A stretch of DNA of 64,000 nt from Octopus sinensis (taxonomy: Eukaryota): contig NC_043002.1 in NCBI RefSeq assembly GCF_006345805.1, positions 63,860,001 to 63,924,000 on the forward strand. The letters are read 5' to 3'. The notes under the pieces were generated by a model. It worked only from the letters and a program-made list of their open reading frames with translations. It was not told where the DNA came from and ran no database searches. The position numbers and the translations under genes are program-made. The stretch's first letter is position 1. Each line of letters starts with the position of its first letter. Shown here in pieces: positions 28,985 through 44,607 of this stretch.

Positions 28985-30330
28985 ACCTCTTGTCAATTTT
29001 CCTCCCCAACATTGCTTGTGCCCGTATACTCCACCATCACCCACGCCTCGTTTAAAACCAAGGCGGGCTCCGAGTCAGCATCGCCCGGCCACAAGTGATA
29101 TTCCCCTTTGAGTCCCTTCAGCCTACGTATCACGGGAAACGTTATGGCCTCCATAGCTATCTGCGGAGACCGTGTGAAGGTTAAAAGTATTCCCTTATAG
29201 TGTTTTCCACTGCCTTTTATACCACTCCACCTCTGTAGAAGAAGATTAATAATTTGTCTCCCTCCGGGGTCAAGGTAGTCAATTCTACTGTTGGCTGCAC
29301 AATTCCCGCCAACGGCGTCTCTTCCTCTGCCGGTGGCACAACAGACGAGATTCCGGGACATTCCGGGCTATGTCACAGACTGCCGGCAATGTCCCGTTTT
29401 TCTTCCTCTTCCTCATGTTTTTCACCACAACTGGAGGAGAGTGCGTCTCCTCCGTCACTGGGAGATTCCTCGGTCGCCTTCGTTCCTTCTTCTACAGAAG
29501 TCTCCAGTAACTGCTCCAGGACTTTGCTTTGTTCTTCGGCTGATTGGGTCCACAGGGTCAAAACAGCATTCGAATCCACCCAATCAGCCGCAGGCAGAAT
29601 TTTGACATTTAAGAGCTTGGCTCTGCTGCCACCCAGAACCTGACGGGTAGCGACTTCAATCTAGTCGGCCTCTACTCCGGGTGGCAGCCCACCCTCCCAA
29701 GCTCTTGTCAATTTCTTCCCAACATATGTGGGGAGAAACAGAACTTTCTTCGCTTCATAGTGTTGGCTCGTAAAATCTCGAGCCTCCCCAGGTGTGTCAA
29801 ACGGCAACCACACCGTTGCATATTTGACACCCCTTGCAATAAACTTAATAGTCGGCTGATATTCTGCCAACTCCTTTTCAATATCCGCCTGAGAGAACAC
29901 AGTGATGGTGTCGTGGGACTTAGAATATGTCCTCAACACCACCGTTTTTTCCCACTGCTTATGAGCCAAAATTTGCCATTCCAATAGAGTGTTTTTTTCC
30001 ATGCTTGCAAAAGCAAAAATAAGGAAAAATATTCAACACAAAATCCAAAATGTTCCAAATAAAAAGCCCAATAAAAACACAAAAAAGGACAGAAAGACAG
30101 GGCAGAGAAAAAGAAGGAAAGAAGACAGTTCAATTCACGGCAACACAATTCCACCACTCAGGAAATCCACAAGAATACAGGTACTCTAGTTCACCGTCGC
30201 AGCACACAAAAATTCCTCCACGAATTCATAAATTTTCCATATTTTTGGATCGAAACACGCCCACCAAAACAACAATTCTCATAGCTAAGTGAGCCTATTA
30301 GCACGACCGCAGTAGACAAGTGTCTAGTAC
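28985..30330 (-). mobile_element. ORF1/gag-like repeat element (LINE ORF1-like), disrupted
   Basis: ORF 29661-30002 (KTVVLRTYSK...RGVKYATV..FD..EAR.F...LFLP) aligns with ORF 63177-63515. Homology continues past the stops. It has a T-rich 5' leader. Confidence 0.6.
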
Positions 30331-32488
30331 TCAGTGAGGGTTTCTTATTCGAGAAAAAATAAACATTAAAACAAAATAAAATTCCCCACCGAATCCCTGA
30401 AAAGACAGGTGCCTACCTTGCAGTCGGTTCTTTAATTCAAAACTGCTTCCATGCACGTCATGACACTGTTCACTCTCGTAAGTGACTGACAAACTAACGC
30501 ATGCGTAAGCTAGGGTATGCAAGTTACCTACCACACATCCACTCCTGCTAATATAAATGCCAAAGATACACTAACGCAAGTTTTGTAACCCTCAACAATT
30601 TTCTTCACTGTTTCATTCATTACAATTATGACAAAATTTCAAGCATTTATCCTTCGTTGAAACCTTTCTTTCCTCCACTTCTAATCTATATAAGCTACAA
30701 TTATCTATGCACCTATTCTATCGTCTCTGTATGGTATATTTGCTGAAGGTAATTGTTTTTAGAGCAACTCTCCACGTTCCAGTGAACAACACCACGCTCT
30801 GAACTTATCGTATCTGAACTATCTTTCAACCACCTGAAATTAGGTGAGATTTAGAGGATGTAAGCATTATCTGAGTATCGCAATTGAGTCCGCCTAAGAA
30901 AATTTTAGGTATTTCTCACATCCAGCGTTGCAAGCGAATTTCATTAACGTACGGCAGACGATTACGCATTCCGCTGTATTAATTCTATTTTTTACGACTT
31001 GGTGAGCAAAAATTCTGGGTCTGCCTCTGGACAGGATATTAAAGTAATATATCTCTGTATATTAGTTGCTGTGCTTAACAATGTTATTATTTTCTATTTT
31101 AATTCAATATATTTAATTATATATCATACCTTTGAATATATATTCTTTATTCGGTTGAAATAACATTTACTCAATAAAAAGGCCTTTTGTTATATTTACG
31201 AGATGCTATATTTAATATTGTTGTTATTGTGTTCATTTCCGTGAGATCATTATATCTTCGTAGTATCAATTTCCTTATTTTGTGGCAGCTATTAAATATA
31301 AGATCCTTGCATTAATCTTTGGTATTTGGTGCTATAAAAATCTGTTCACTGCTTTACGATAGCATTTTCCGTTTTCCACTAATAATGTTGGTCTGTTTTA
31401 TCTGGCTCTGCTTCGATGAAGTGTACAAAAACCTTAGCGAGTGTCTAGACAGGATATTAATGTATAACATGTAATGCATGCTTATAGATGCGTAAAGCAA
31501 TTTCTCTACTTACATGAGTTCATCAGGGTTTAGTTCTAAAGAATTAATTGTATATACATTACTTTGAAGATTTGTATTTTTTTTATCATATAATATTGTG
31601 CTAATCTTCGGAAAAATAAATGCATTTCGTTATATCTAAATATTTATATCTCTGACTAATACTTATTGATACATTCTGGCGAAAGTTTCACGGCGAAATT
31701 GAGCTTAAATGGTAAACACATTAATAGATAGATATATCAATATTCACAAACGTAGAGTGTACTATGTAAAGGCTTTAAAAGAAATACATTATAAAGATAT
31801 GACAATAATGTGATCGAGTGAGTGCTCACAAGAATAGAAAATTTTATGTGATAGGGTTGATTCCATGGGAGTTACCGAGAAAAAGATGAACACTGTTTCC
31901 TGTCTTGTCGATTCTAAGCATCAGCTTCTAATGTAAGCAAGAAGAGCCTATACAGTATGTTTCCAAAGTTTGCGACGCAGCATCACTTTGTTCACCTAAA
32001 TCTAAATAATAAACTCATAATGTAATTACTGTAAATTATTTCCGAGTTTCATCGTTAGAATAACTATAAGCTAAGACTTATCTTCCAGTATCTGTGCCAA
32101 ATTTTGAGGCATATTTTTGTAGTCAATTGAATCGAACGTCACGTAGTTTCTATCCTTTGTTTTCCCATACAACTCTCTTTTATTCTAACCTCATCAGGTA
32201 GTCAATAAACAAACTTTGTCCATTGTACAATCGTAAGTGAGACATTTACTCTGTACTATTTTGTATGCAAGTACCAAGATTATTTAACTAATTTTATGTT
32301 GAATTTCAGTTGTGTGAAAAGCATGTAAAATCATGGATATATACGAGCTGTATATTTTGCATGACAAAATAAACCGGAGATTTCACGTTTACTTAATAGT
32401 TCAAAGAATTTGTAACTCTGGACATTCAATTACAATTTCGGTTACGTGTTGTTTTCAAAAATATTCACATATAATATAACTCAAAATT

Positions 32489-32740
32489 GTGGAGGCGCGT
32501 GGTTAGGGTGTCAGCACCATGATCGTAAGATTGTGGTTCCGATGCCTGGACCAGGCGACACGTTGTCTTCTTGAGCAAAACACTTTCTTTCACGTTGCTC
32601 CAGGCCACTCAGCTGGTAAATATGAGTAACGCTGCGATGGACTGGCGTTCCGTCCAGCTGGGGAACACATGCGCCATAGAAATCGCGAAACCGGTCCCAT
32701 CAGCCTGGCTAGACTTTAAAAGGGCGCATTTATTTTTATT
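32489..32740 (+). mobile_element. tRNA-derived SINE (family C-like head, different body) with an 18-bp TSD
   Basis: ATAATATAACTC(A/G)AAATT at 32471-32488 and 32741-32758. The body is shared with 58320-58618. Confidence 0.8.
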
Positions 32741-33310
32741 ATAATATAACTCGAAATTACTTAGAGCAACGTGAGATATTTCCTGGAGAAATTAAATTGT
32801 TTTCTTAGAGACATATTCTACTCTCATTTTAACATACAGTATTATTTCATTCCATGCCTTAGAGGCTAAGATCACAGTTTCGTTGGAAATAGAGTTCCTC
32901 TCTTACTATCAAACATTGTTAAATCCAATTTCAAGAAGAATCTTAATACTCAAAACTTTCTTCAAATGTCGAATTATAGTTCAACAACCCTATAAAGAAC
33001 GTTGGTACATGGTGATATATATAGGCAGATAGTTTAACTGACTAGCTAAAATTATCGTTATATACATTTCCATTTATATACATTTCCAGAAATAACACAT
33101 CGTAATATACGTGTGCTTCTAGAATGTTCCGGTTTCTTTAAATTTGTATAGGTTCTTTTCTGTAGAAGATGGTATTCTCCAGCTGCTCGATTAATAATAC
33201 CCCCTCACTTACAATTGGACGTATTATAGATAACTTTCTTTTCGTGTAAATTATCGAACCGGTGTAATATAGAATCCATATATAAGCCAATGCATTATAT
33301 TTCATCACAA

Positions 33311-33735
33311 AGGTGGTGAGCTGGCAGAAACTTTAGCACGCCGGGCGAAATGCCTAGCGGTATTTTGTCTGCCGTTACGTTCTGAGTTCAAATTCCGCCG
33401 AGGTCGACTTTGCCTTTCATCCTTTCGGGGTCGATTAAATAAGTACCAGTTACGCACTGGGTTCGATATAATCGACTTAATCCGTTTGTTTGCCCTTGTT
33501 TATTCTCTCTGCGTTTAGCCCCTTGTGAGAAGTAGAGAAATAGGTATTTCGTCTGCCGTTACGTTCTGAGTATTTTGTCTGTCTGAGTTCAAATTCCGCT
33601 GAGGTCGACATTGCCTTTCATCCTTTCGGGGTCGATAAATTAAGTACCAGTTGCATACTGAGATCGATGTAATTAATTGGATCCCTCCCCCAAAATCTCT
33701 GGCCTTGAGCTCAGAATAGAAAAGAATATATTTCA
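33311..33735 (+). mobile_element. Two adjacent SINE family B copies
   Basis: GGTGAGCTGGCAGAA..GAGTTCAAATTCCGCCGAGGTCGAC head. A second, partial copy starts at ~33545. Confidence 0.85.
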
Positions 33736-35373
33736 TCACAAGTTTCACGTATCATTTACGCTAATTTTTCTTACAACCCCACCGCATTCTCGTCTACAAC
33801 TATTTATCCCCGCTTTATTTTGAGTATGGTCGTTTAATCCTTTCATTTAAAGTATTAATTAATATTGATGTAATGAAGTGGGTGCATGGATTTTTGATTT
33901 GACTGTATCCTTATTGCCGGGCATCACGCCTATGATTCAAAGCAATTCTATCATTGCTGAAAAGTTCCATTTGCTTGATACGTATGTAAATCAACAGGAT
34001 TTTAGGGCAAACATATATTCATTTATAGGGTAGCACTGGGCATGAGAGAGAAATGATCTCTACGGCAACTGCAGCGACTTTGCCTTTAGAAGTAAAGATC
34101 TATCACAAGCAATTTTTTTAGCCAATTTAAAGTTCGCTTCCGCCTAAATGCTACCAATAATTGCTGCTTATACAACTGAATTTCTCCCGACCTAGCGATT
34201 CAATAGTGCTACTTAGTGAATGCTGCTGTCTGTGTTTTAGTTAAAGCTACCAGACTAGGTATACACAGAGTTACCTATCTTCGGGATTTCCTATTGATAC
34301 GGCTATAGAGCTAGAAACACTGCGTCTGGTAATCCGATACAGAGCAGTATTGGGCAGATACGGTGTTATTACGTTCTTTACCATAAGAGATAATTTTCCT
34401 CCTCGGTGATTGCACTGAATTTGCCTTTAGAAGTGGAAATATGTCACAACCACATTTTGACTCACCTAAACTTTTTACTGTTCCACTGATCTATTTACAT
34501 TTCATTTCCTAGCACTGACTTCGCTTCCACTAAATAAAGCCATAATCATTTAAGCATATATTTAAGCGGTACTGATATTGTAAATGATAATTCATGGTTA
34601 AGTGTCTTTTGCTATGATATTTTTTCTGAAAATCTTGGCATATTGAATATTCGGAGAAAATTTGTCTGCGATACAAGTTAAGTACACATGTTTTAATTCT
34701 TATATATGAACAAGGCATTTCCAATTATAAAACATCTGTGGGGTTATGGAAACCTGTAACTGTGCATGCGTGTGAGCATGTCTCTGCATCACGCGTATTA
34801 ATAGCTATGAATCAATTCTGAGTGTTTATGTGTTTAAATTAATATATATGTGTCTACTTTTCAATTTAATATGTATTTCAGTGCGTAGTAAAGTCTAGCT
34901 AATTTATTCGGCAGTTTTCTGCTTGAACCTTGTCGACGCGCTTTGAATTGCATGTGTTTGCCTTTAGTTTTCTACTGTTTAATTTCGAATTACAATTAGA
35001 GAGTGAAATATTTATGATATAAATACATTTTTTCTTGTTAAATGGAATAAATTGGAATGTCCATGGAGTGAGTACGATAATTCCTTGGGGCTGCATATGA
35101 TAATTTTAAATTTGACAAACATTTATTTATGCTAGTAATCATTCTATCATTTTTCATTGCATATCTTTCTTTAATTTGTATGCATTTAATTACAACAGGC
35201 GTGAGTACAGTGCAACAGTGTTAGTTTGTACATTGTTTGGTGTATGTGCAAAGGGTGTATATACTTTTCAGAGATCCCGTAGAAATGTTGATGAATAAAC
35301 ATATATATATATATATATATATATGCACAGACATAATTATGTGTATCTCCTTATCTCTCTCTCTCACTCGCTC

Positions 35374-35424
<51 letters not shown>

Positions 35425-35513
35425 TATATATATATATATATATATGCACAGACATAATTATGTGTATCTCCTTATCTCTCTCTCTCACTCGCTCTCACTC
35501 TCTCTCTCTCTCT

Positions 35514-35561
<48 letters not shown>

Positions 35562-36049
35562 TGCCTTTATGAGTGTATGTGTGTGAGTATTTTCAGGTTT
35601 TGCCAGAGGAATTCCCCTAAGCACAGCGTAACTTTTGCACGAGTTTTCATGTTAGTGCCTTACTTTCACAGATCATCAGTTACCAAAGCCTATATATATT
35701 CTATTTTCCCCTTACTATTTTTCTTCTTTGAAGTGTTTTGCCGTTGTCTCTTAGTTTTGGTTGCCAACTGTTTAACACGTAGCTTGGACATTGATGCATG
35801 ACTATGCAGAATCTTTGTTGTTTCATGTTAATGTAAAATCAATAATTCCATAGTTACCCCAGTGCCAATGGAATTTAGTTTTGTCATAGTGCGCATCCAG
35901 GTACTGGATGCAGAAAGAAAAACCAGTTACATTTAGAAATGAGCTAGTGAGGGATCTCTGTTTGGGTTCAAAACTAGAAATAATCGTCAAATATCACCGA
36001 AATCAGAAATAACTGAAGCCACAAGATATTATATTTCTATATTTAAGAC

Positions 36050-37250
<1,201 letters not shown>

Positions 37251-37479
37251 GGAAGATATTATCAGGTAATTTTGTGCCCTTATATCAGCACAAGAAACGA
37301 TAGGAAATTAACATTGATCTGGCGTAGGCATTATTAACAACTATATTACCTAAAACCTCTTTATGTATTTACGAGCTGACAGAATACTTTGTACTCCAGA
37401 GAAAATGCTTAGTGAGTACAAATTTTGACGCTATCAACTTTATCATTCATCATTTCAGAGTCGATAAAATGAGTAAAAA

Positions 37480-37990
37480 AGGGATCAACGATCCTTTTGA
37501 TCTAACATGTTCGGCAACTTCCGTTGAACTATTCTTATTGTACCCGATGCCCGTCGAATCCTTTATTTAATTGTTCTGTTGTGCAACACGAATCATATAA
37601 CATTTGGCGCCTTCTGCTGCATACACCAAATGGCTAATTTTACACATTCCACCTTCTGTATAAATCAAGATATCTGTTATGATTTTGGATGGAATTGCTT
37701 TGATTTATGTTGTTGCAAAATGAACAGTTTACCTCTATTTTGGTTGTTTTTCGTATTGCATCGTTTAAAAACTGCAGTGATAGTTTTCTTGGGGTTTGAT
37801 GTTGCGGCAAATTGCTCTCCTATATTCGATAGGTATAGACATGTCGTCAGGCACAATAGGAATATTTCGACAGAATTTGCCGAATATTTTGCATGAAGCT
37901 ACAGTAATTGAGGAGCATATGAAAGTGCGCATTGTCAGAAATAATTCTGACTCCACTGAAGTTTCAGTTCTCAAAATGCATGAGGGGAAA
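37480..37990 (-). mobile_element. Possible Penelope-like GIY-YIG region relic
   Basis: Minus-strand ..KISHLVYAAEGAKC.. resembles the SNVVY...C motif. It is heavily decayed. Confidence 0.3.
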
Positions 37991-38029
37991 TATCTTTGCG
38001 AATTGACAACTTAATACTTTCGACTAATA

Positions 38030-39420
38030 CAAAATGGCAATTAAATTTCATCAGAAATTTGGCACTCTGTCTTTACCTTTTATTTCCATTTATGCAACTT
38101 CGTGAGAGTTATAATTAGGTCAGCTATTATGATGTCCACCCATGCTTGTTCCGATTAGTTTTGGTAGGGTCCTCCTGTTCGTCTAATCCATTCTGCATTT
38201 AATATTTTTAATCACTCCAAATATTTTTCAAAACTTTCAAATTCTTCCATGGGATTGAGGGGTCTTCAACAATTATTTTCGCCTTTCCTGTTTCTCTGTA
38301 GAATGTTTTCGCATTGGACGTGATCATCTTATTCTACTTGTAAGGCATTTCTCTTCTCAAATCTTCGTATTCTTTGAACTTTTCTGTGTTTTTTCTTGCA
38401 GTGTTACTTCTGTTGGGGAAAACCTCTATTTTCTCTTCATCTTTCTTCCTTTCCTGGATCTTAGAACGTTTCCAACGATTAGTTCATTTCATATTGATAT
38501 TTCCCCTCATTACCTCTAACTCTTTTTTTCAATTTCACGTCTCCAGTTTGGAATTTTTACCAGCTTTGTATTTCTTTGTTTTTTCGGAAGCATATAACAG
38601 GTTTCAATTGCTTTAACTGATGCATAAATAATTTCATTTAACTCAATGAAATCTGGTTTCAGTTTATGTATTATTTCGTTTATCACAGAGTTGCCAATTT
38701 CAATCTGTTTTCTATTTTGGATTGTATTTGAGAGTTTATGAAGTGGTTATCTATCATGCAGGATTAATACCGTTTCTTTACTTCCTGGTTATCTTCATCA
38801 GGTTCATTACAATTTATATCTCCAGTCGTTTGAGTGTTCTTTCAATTAAGACTCGTGGAGAGTTGCTCTCTTTGTCTGGTTCTTCGTTTCCTTTCCCTCT
38901 TATATCTAGTTCATTTGCCGCTGCGTACTCGATCGTGGTTATTTCACTATCTGTTCATCTTTCTGTTGATATTTCTGAAGATATCTCTCCTAACATTTGC
39001 TAACTTGTTTTCGTCCAAATAGAGGCTGCAGTCCTGATTTCGTTTTCTCCATATTTTATAAGTGTGTGTGGTGTTTCTGTTTTGATGGGTTACCTAATGC
39101 ACAGTAATAAACGTATATAACTCCTTAATATTCTTCTTGGGTCCATTTTATCCTCTTACATATTTCGTTCTATGGTGACAGTGGTGGTGAACTTGGAGGG
39201 GTCGAGGGCTTGTGATCATCCAGTATCTTATTCAGGGAAGTGTTTATGCTAGTGTTTGGGCCCCCGACTGGCTCTCCCCTATAGGAGAAGCGATTTGGGG
39301 CCTTTTTTTTTGTTTTGTTAAACGCTTTTGTGCTACATCGATATTATTAGTATTGAACCCTGTGTGGCTGATGTAGACATGGTTATTATCTCTGCCATTA
39401 TGACCGTTACAATCACGTCT
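38030..39420 (-). mobile_element. Decayed 5' region of an R4/Dong-type LINE
   Basis: NAEWI motif similar to DAEWIKEQE at ~7350, with a K/E/N-rich minus-strand frame. Confidence 0.45.
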
Positions 39421-40264
39421 ACTTCTTAGCAATTACAACAGCAGTGGCCATCGCTATTTACCACAAATATTACCATAGTCTCATTCCTTGCTGCCATCAA
39501 TTGCAGCCATGGCAACAATGTAGCTGCCGTTATCCTCTTTGTTATGTAGTATCATTAAATATTGGTTAGTTCCGACTGTTACATTGTACTTGAGATAATC
39601 ATAAATACGTAAGAGTTGGGGAGATTGTAGGAGGAAGTGATGCAGCTTGGTGAACAGCCAAATACCACTTATCTGTGTATACATTCAGTAGATAGCGGCA
39701 AGATCAACAATGCGTTTCGCATTCCTGCCCGATCAGCAAACAAAAGAAGCGTCACTCCTTTGCGGTCACCAGAGGTCGACTATGTGTTTACTACCACAGC
39801 GATCATTGAGTGCGGTGATCTTGGAAAGAACCAACTTGCTCTGTTTTAATTACTGACAGAAAATAATATATACCGATATCTACACCGCTGAATTATTCTT
39901 TAGTTTTTAAAGATTTTGCCGTGATTTACAGTTTTCGCAGTCGTGCACTTTGTGAAATCCACTGTTGTTTACCCGCTGCATTTTTCTGAAGTTTAGAGAG
40001 TGGTTACATGAGTTACACATTTTCCATGATGTGAGAGATGGATGTTTGCGATTTCGAGTCGCTAATAAGAATTTACTGCATTATGTATTAACAGTGAGTC
40101 AGTTATTTTGAAAATGATACAGTTTGATAGCCGGAAGTATTTTGAGCAACAATAATAAATCTGAGCGTTCTCGCAATAATGTTTACCTATTCGAATTGTC
40201 TGGGAGGAAGGAAATGTTAAGCATTGAGAGAAAATTGTTGATATTAAACTTTTTTAATGTTTCG

Positions 40265-40296
<32 letters not shown>

Positions 40297-40399
40297 CTTC
40301 TTCTTCTTCTTCTTCTTCTTCTTCTTCTTCTTCTTCTTCTTCTTCTTCTTCTTCTTCTTCTTCTTCTTCTACTTCTTCTTCTCCTTCTTCATAATATTA

Positions 40400-40481
<82 letters not shown>

Positions 40482-40499
40482 TATTATTATCATCATCAT

Positions 40500-41432
40500 C
40501 ATCATTATTATTGTTTTTTGCCCAGCTTCTAATGCTGGAGATGCACTATGGTCCCAGCGGTTCACTAACACCCCTTAGTTTTCCAACACCGTCCACAGTA
40601 TTCGAGCGTTTCCAAGCAGTGCTGTTTTGTGCAAGCGCTCCAATCTTATTGCAGCTCATATTTGTTCCATGTACTTCTCAAGATTTTTACTCACTGTTCT
40701 GTGGCCTCCGGCAATTATGGTACCACTACCACCTTTTTTCAGTGGCCACAACTGCTTAACCTCCCAAACTAACCTGTCATGTCTATCGATTTTTTCTTTC
40801 TTCATCATCACATACATTGCTGTCAGCTAGGCATGCTATATTTGTGATCCAGCAGCGTTTGATTTCTTTTGCAATTAACACTATCTCTGGTTTCTTATTC
40901 TCTATCTCATGGTCGCACTGAATCATAAAATCCCATAGGATCTTTACATTATCATTTCCGATGTTGCCTTCTGTTTTATGTTCGTACCATGTTTTGGCTC
41001 GGTCAAGTTCATACGTGTTGCAAAGTGTCATATGGACAATCCTTGCTATATTGTCATGATGTCTCTTATGTTTCTTTTCATTATATGTTTTTGGTAATTT
41101 CTGGTGGGAAGGCTTTGGTCTTTTGCTGCAATAAAAAACTCCTTGAGTCTCTGTTTTGAGACCTGAACTTCTGAACCATTGCTGTGATTTTTCTCTATTT
41201 CTTTTGCAAATAGTTTAGCCCAGTATTTGCCATGAAGGGTATTTTCTTGCCACCGTTTTATCAAGGTCCGTTGCTGTTCTAGTTTTAATTTGGATTTCAT
41301 TTTACTTTTTGGCTTTTGTTGATTCTTCTTCATATTTGTTAGGATGGTATGGCTTCCTGTTTGTATATGTCAGCTTCCTTAAATACTGAAAAGAGTTTTT
41401 TTTTTGTTTTGCTGGTGTTTTGTGGCTATTTG

Positions 41433-41493
<61 letters not shown>

Positions 41494-41880
41494 GCCTTTG
41501 CACAGTTTATATTGCCGGGATGTACTACAGTGCCAGTTGTTCACTACCAGCGTACTAAGATAACTCACCTTAATCTTCGAGCACCATACAGCGTATTCGA
41601 GCGGTTCCAAGCAGTGCTGTTTTCTGCAAGCGCTCCACACTTATTGCAGCCCATATTTGTTCCATTTACTTCTCAAGATTTTTACTCACTGCTCCCAGGA
41701 CTCCGACAATTATTGGTAGTACTACCACCTTTTTCATTGATCACAACTGCTTAACCTCCCAAGCTAACTTGTCATATCTATCAACTTTTCTTTCTTCCTT
41801 ATCGCATACCTTGTTGTCAGCTGGACATGCTATACCTATGATCCAGCATCGTTTGCTTTCTTTCTCAATTAAAGCTGTCT
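40500..41880 (-). mobile_element. Two R4/Dong-type LINE 3' fragments (40500-41400 and 41490-41880) separated and flanked by (ATT)n
   Basis: ILWDFMIQCDHEIENKKPEIVLI..CWIT and FFIAAKDQSLPTRNY. Same subfamily as 23070-24200. Confidence 0.85.
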
Positions 41881-41955
41881 CGCTTCCTATTCTCTATCTC
41901 ATTATTTACTATTATTACTATTATTATTATTTCACTTATTATTATTATTAGTAGT

Positions 41956-42004
<49 letters not shown>

Positions 42005-42025
42005 TATTATTATTATTATTATTAT

Positions 42026-42072
<47 letters not shown>

Positions 42073-42583
42073 TGTTTAAATATTTTCATTACACTTGTAT
42101 GTATGAAAAGCAAGTAATTTTGAAAGAGGTGTGTGTTTTCAGCGTGTTGGGAGGGTGAGTAAGAATACGAAATTCTGAATGCTCCGAAATTCGTATCTTG
42201 CCAATAAGAATGTTTGTCTTTATTATATCCCTGACAATGTCTACAAATGTAAACCATTCTACTGTTGAAACTAGCAATGAGATTGACAGCATAGTTTCAG
42301 TCGAAATCCAGCTTTGGCTTTAAAGTATTATAACGGTTTTTCGTTAAATCTTAAGGATTTTAATGGTGTTAACATTCTTCGCAATTTCCCTTGTGTTAAT
42401 TCCAATTTTGACTGAGATAAGGCATGTGACTTCGACGCCAGCTATTGTAATGCACATATTGTTGTTACTAATACGAATTTATACGATGCATATTTAAATT
42501 TTGTAATCGGTTCCTTTCGTAAATCCATCATAGATGCAGGAGTGGCTGCGTGGTAAGTGGATTGCTTACCAACCACGTGGTTT

Positions 42584-42710
42584 CTGGCTATAGACACACT
42601 TTCTGTTCCCTATCTGTATTTGCAAAGGGAAGCCATCCTTCCCGTCTTCAACTTATGATACACACAAAGTGTAATCAAACATAGGGCACAGAAAGTGTGT
42701 CTATAGCCAG
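42584..42710. repeat. 30-bp inverted repeat (1 mismatch) with a 67-nt spacer
   Basis: CTGGCTATAGACACACTTTCTGT(T/G)CCCTAT, with its reverse complement ending at 42710. Confidence 0.9.
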
Positions 42711-42844
42711 CTGGAGGAGGGGTCCTCCTGGGGCTACAAACTACTGTAGCATCCACCCTTAGGGGTTAGCCATATTCAAATGGTAAATATACGTCACGAT
42801 GTGTTGCTGCTACTGTTTATAACTCGCTCTGAGATTTATCATTG

Positions 42845-42901
<57 letters not shown>

Positions 42902-42902
<1 letters not shown>

Positions 42903-43260
42903 GCGAGAAAGAAGCAACAAGAATTCTTGTTGCTTCTTTCTCGCTTATAATCACCCCACATTACTGTATTGTTAAATCAGTATAGTTTTTTTTGGTGCAT
43001 CTAAGTTAGGTACCATATTCAAGTAAATTTTTTAAATTAACTTGAATCTTTATTGCTCTTTGTATATATATATATATTATATATATATATATATACGCGA
43101 GAAAGAAGCAACAAGAATTCTTGTTGCTTCTTTCTCGCTTATAATCACCCCACATTACTGTATTGTTAAATCAGTATAGTTTTTTTTGGTGCATCTAAGT
43201 TAGGTACCATATTCAAGTAAATTTTTTAAATTAACTTGAATCTTTATTGCTCTTTGTATA
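42902..43260. repeat. Direct duplication (period 194 bp), each copy carrying a perfect 42-bp palindrome
   Basis: GCGAGAAAGAAGCAACAAGAA|TTCTTGTTGCTTCTTTCTCGC at 42903-42944 and 43097-43138. Confidence 0.9.
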
Positions 43261-43834
43261 TATATATATATATATTAAGTAAATGAAAGTCAATTGTGTA
43301 AAGATAGAGTCTAAGTGATGGGGCAGAGAGATGGGTAGTAGTATGGAATGAAGAATTTAGGAATTTGGGTGGTTGGATAGGTCAGTGCTTAGTAGTAGAA
43401 GAAGGTATGTAATAGACATAATGAGGCACTAAGCACAAGCAACCATCGCTTTTTCAGACATTTAAATTCTACCACATATCCAAATGGCTAAACGACCATA
43501 CAGTACATTTCGACAATACCTCTTAGGTAATACCAATAATCTTATAAATCTACATTTTAGCTCCTAATCCCTATCTAATTCCTCACTTGTATTCGAATAT
43601 CACAACTATCTAATCATATTCGTGTGTATGTACATCCATGCATATGTGTGCATATTTGTGTGTGTATGCGTGTATGTATGTGTGTGTGTGTGAATGTACG
43701 TATGCATGCGAGGTATATAAACCTGTGTGTACAGGGGCAATAATACATGCTGGTACACGGATATGTCGGTGCGCATGTGTGCCTATACTTACGAGTAAGT
43801 GTTGCATAAGTAGATATTGATATGTATAAACATC

Positions 43835-43877
<43 letters not shown>

Positions 43878-44576
43878 ATCTTTTCTAAAGATCTTTTCTA
43901 ACACACACACACACATACACAACAAAAACACACACACACAAGTAATCGTTCCGTAAGTCAGGGATGACATTGAAATAAACATGGGTACCTGTGTGTGTGT
44001 GTTTTTGTCGTGTATGTGTGTGCGCGTGTGTGTTTGTTGTGTGTGTGTGTGTTATTGTTGTGTATGTGTGTGTGTGTTTTTGTTGTGTATGTGTGTGCGT
44101 GTGAAGCATGTAAGTGGTGCGTTAGGCATGACTTTATGGGAAATAACAAGACAATGCGTGGAAACCGCAAAACAAATTGTTGTCCTGCGAAAGCGGAACG
44201 AATACGAACATGTTTTAAAAGTCAAAAAATATCGTTAATGTTTTCATTGGGCGACGAAATGCATCGATTTAAGAGATATAGCTGTTATTTCTAGCACCTA
44301 CAGAAGACAGAAATGATGGATGAATAACACGTGTGCGTGTGTATGTGTGTGCTGTTTACTTAGACGCAGCAAATGAATTTAGGTCAAATGCTGGGATTTC
44401 ATTGGTTAAAATTCGAAGAATTAAACTACGTAAAAGTTACAAAATACAATTTTCTCAAAAAATCAAGTTGAAATAAATGTTTTCTTTTGACACATTCTAC
44501 CAGTATACGAAGTTTCAAATTGTTTAGTTAACTAGAAAATTCTGTCCATTTTAGAAAGGATCCAAATATATATATA

Positions 44577-44607
<31 letters not shown>

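Noticed and set aside
35321-35530. Duplicated CT/TA microsatellite block (period ~121 bp)
   Set aside because: This is ordinary slippage or an assembly echo in low-complexity sequence.
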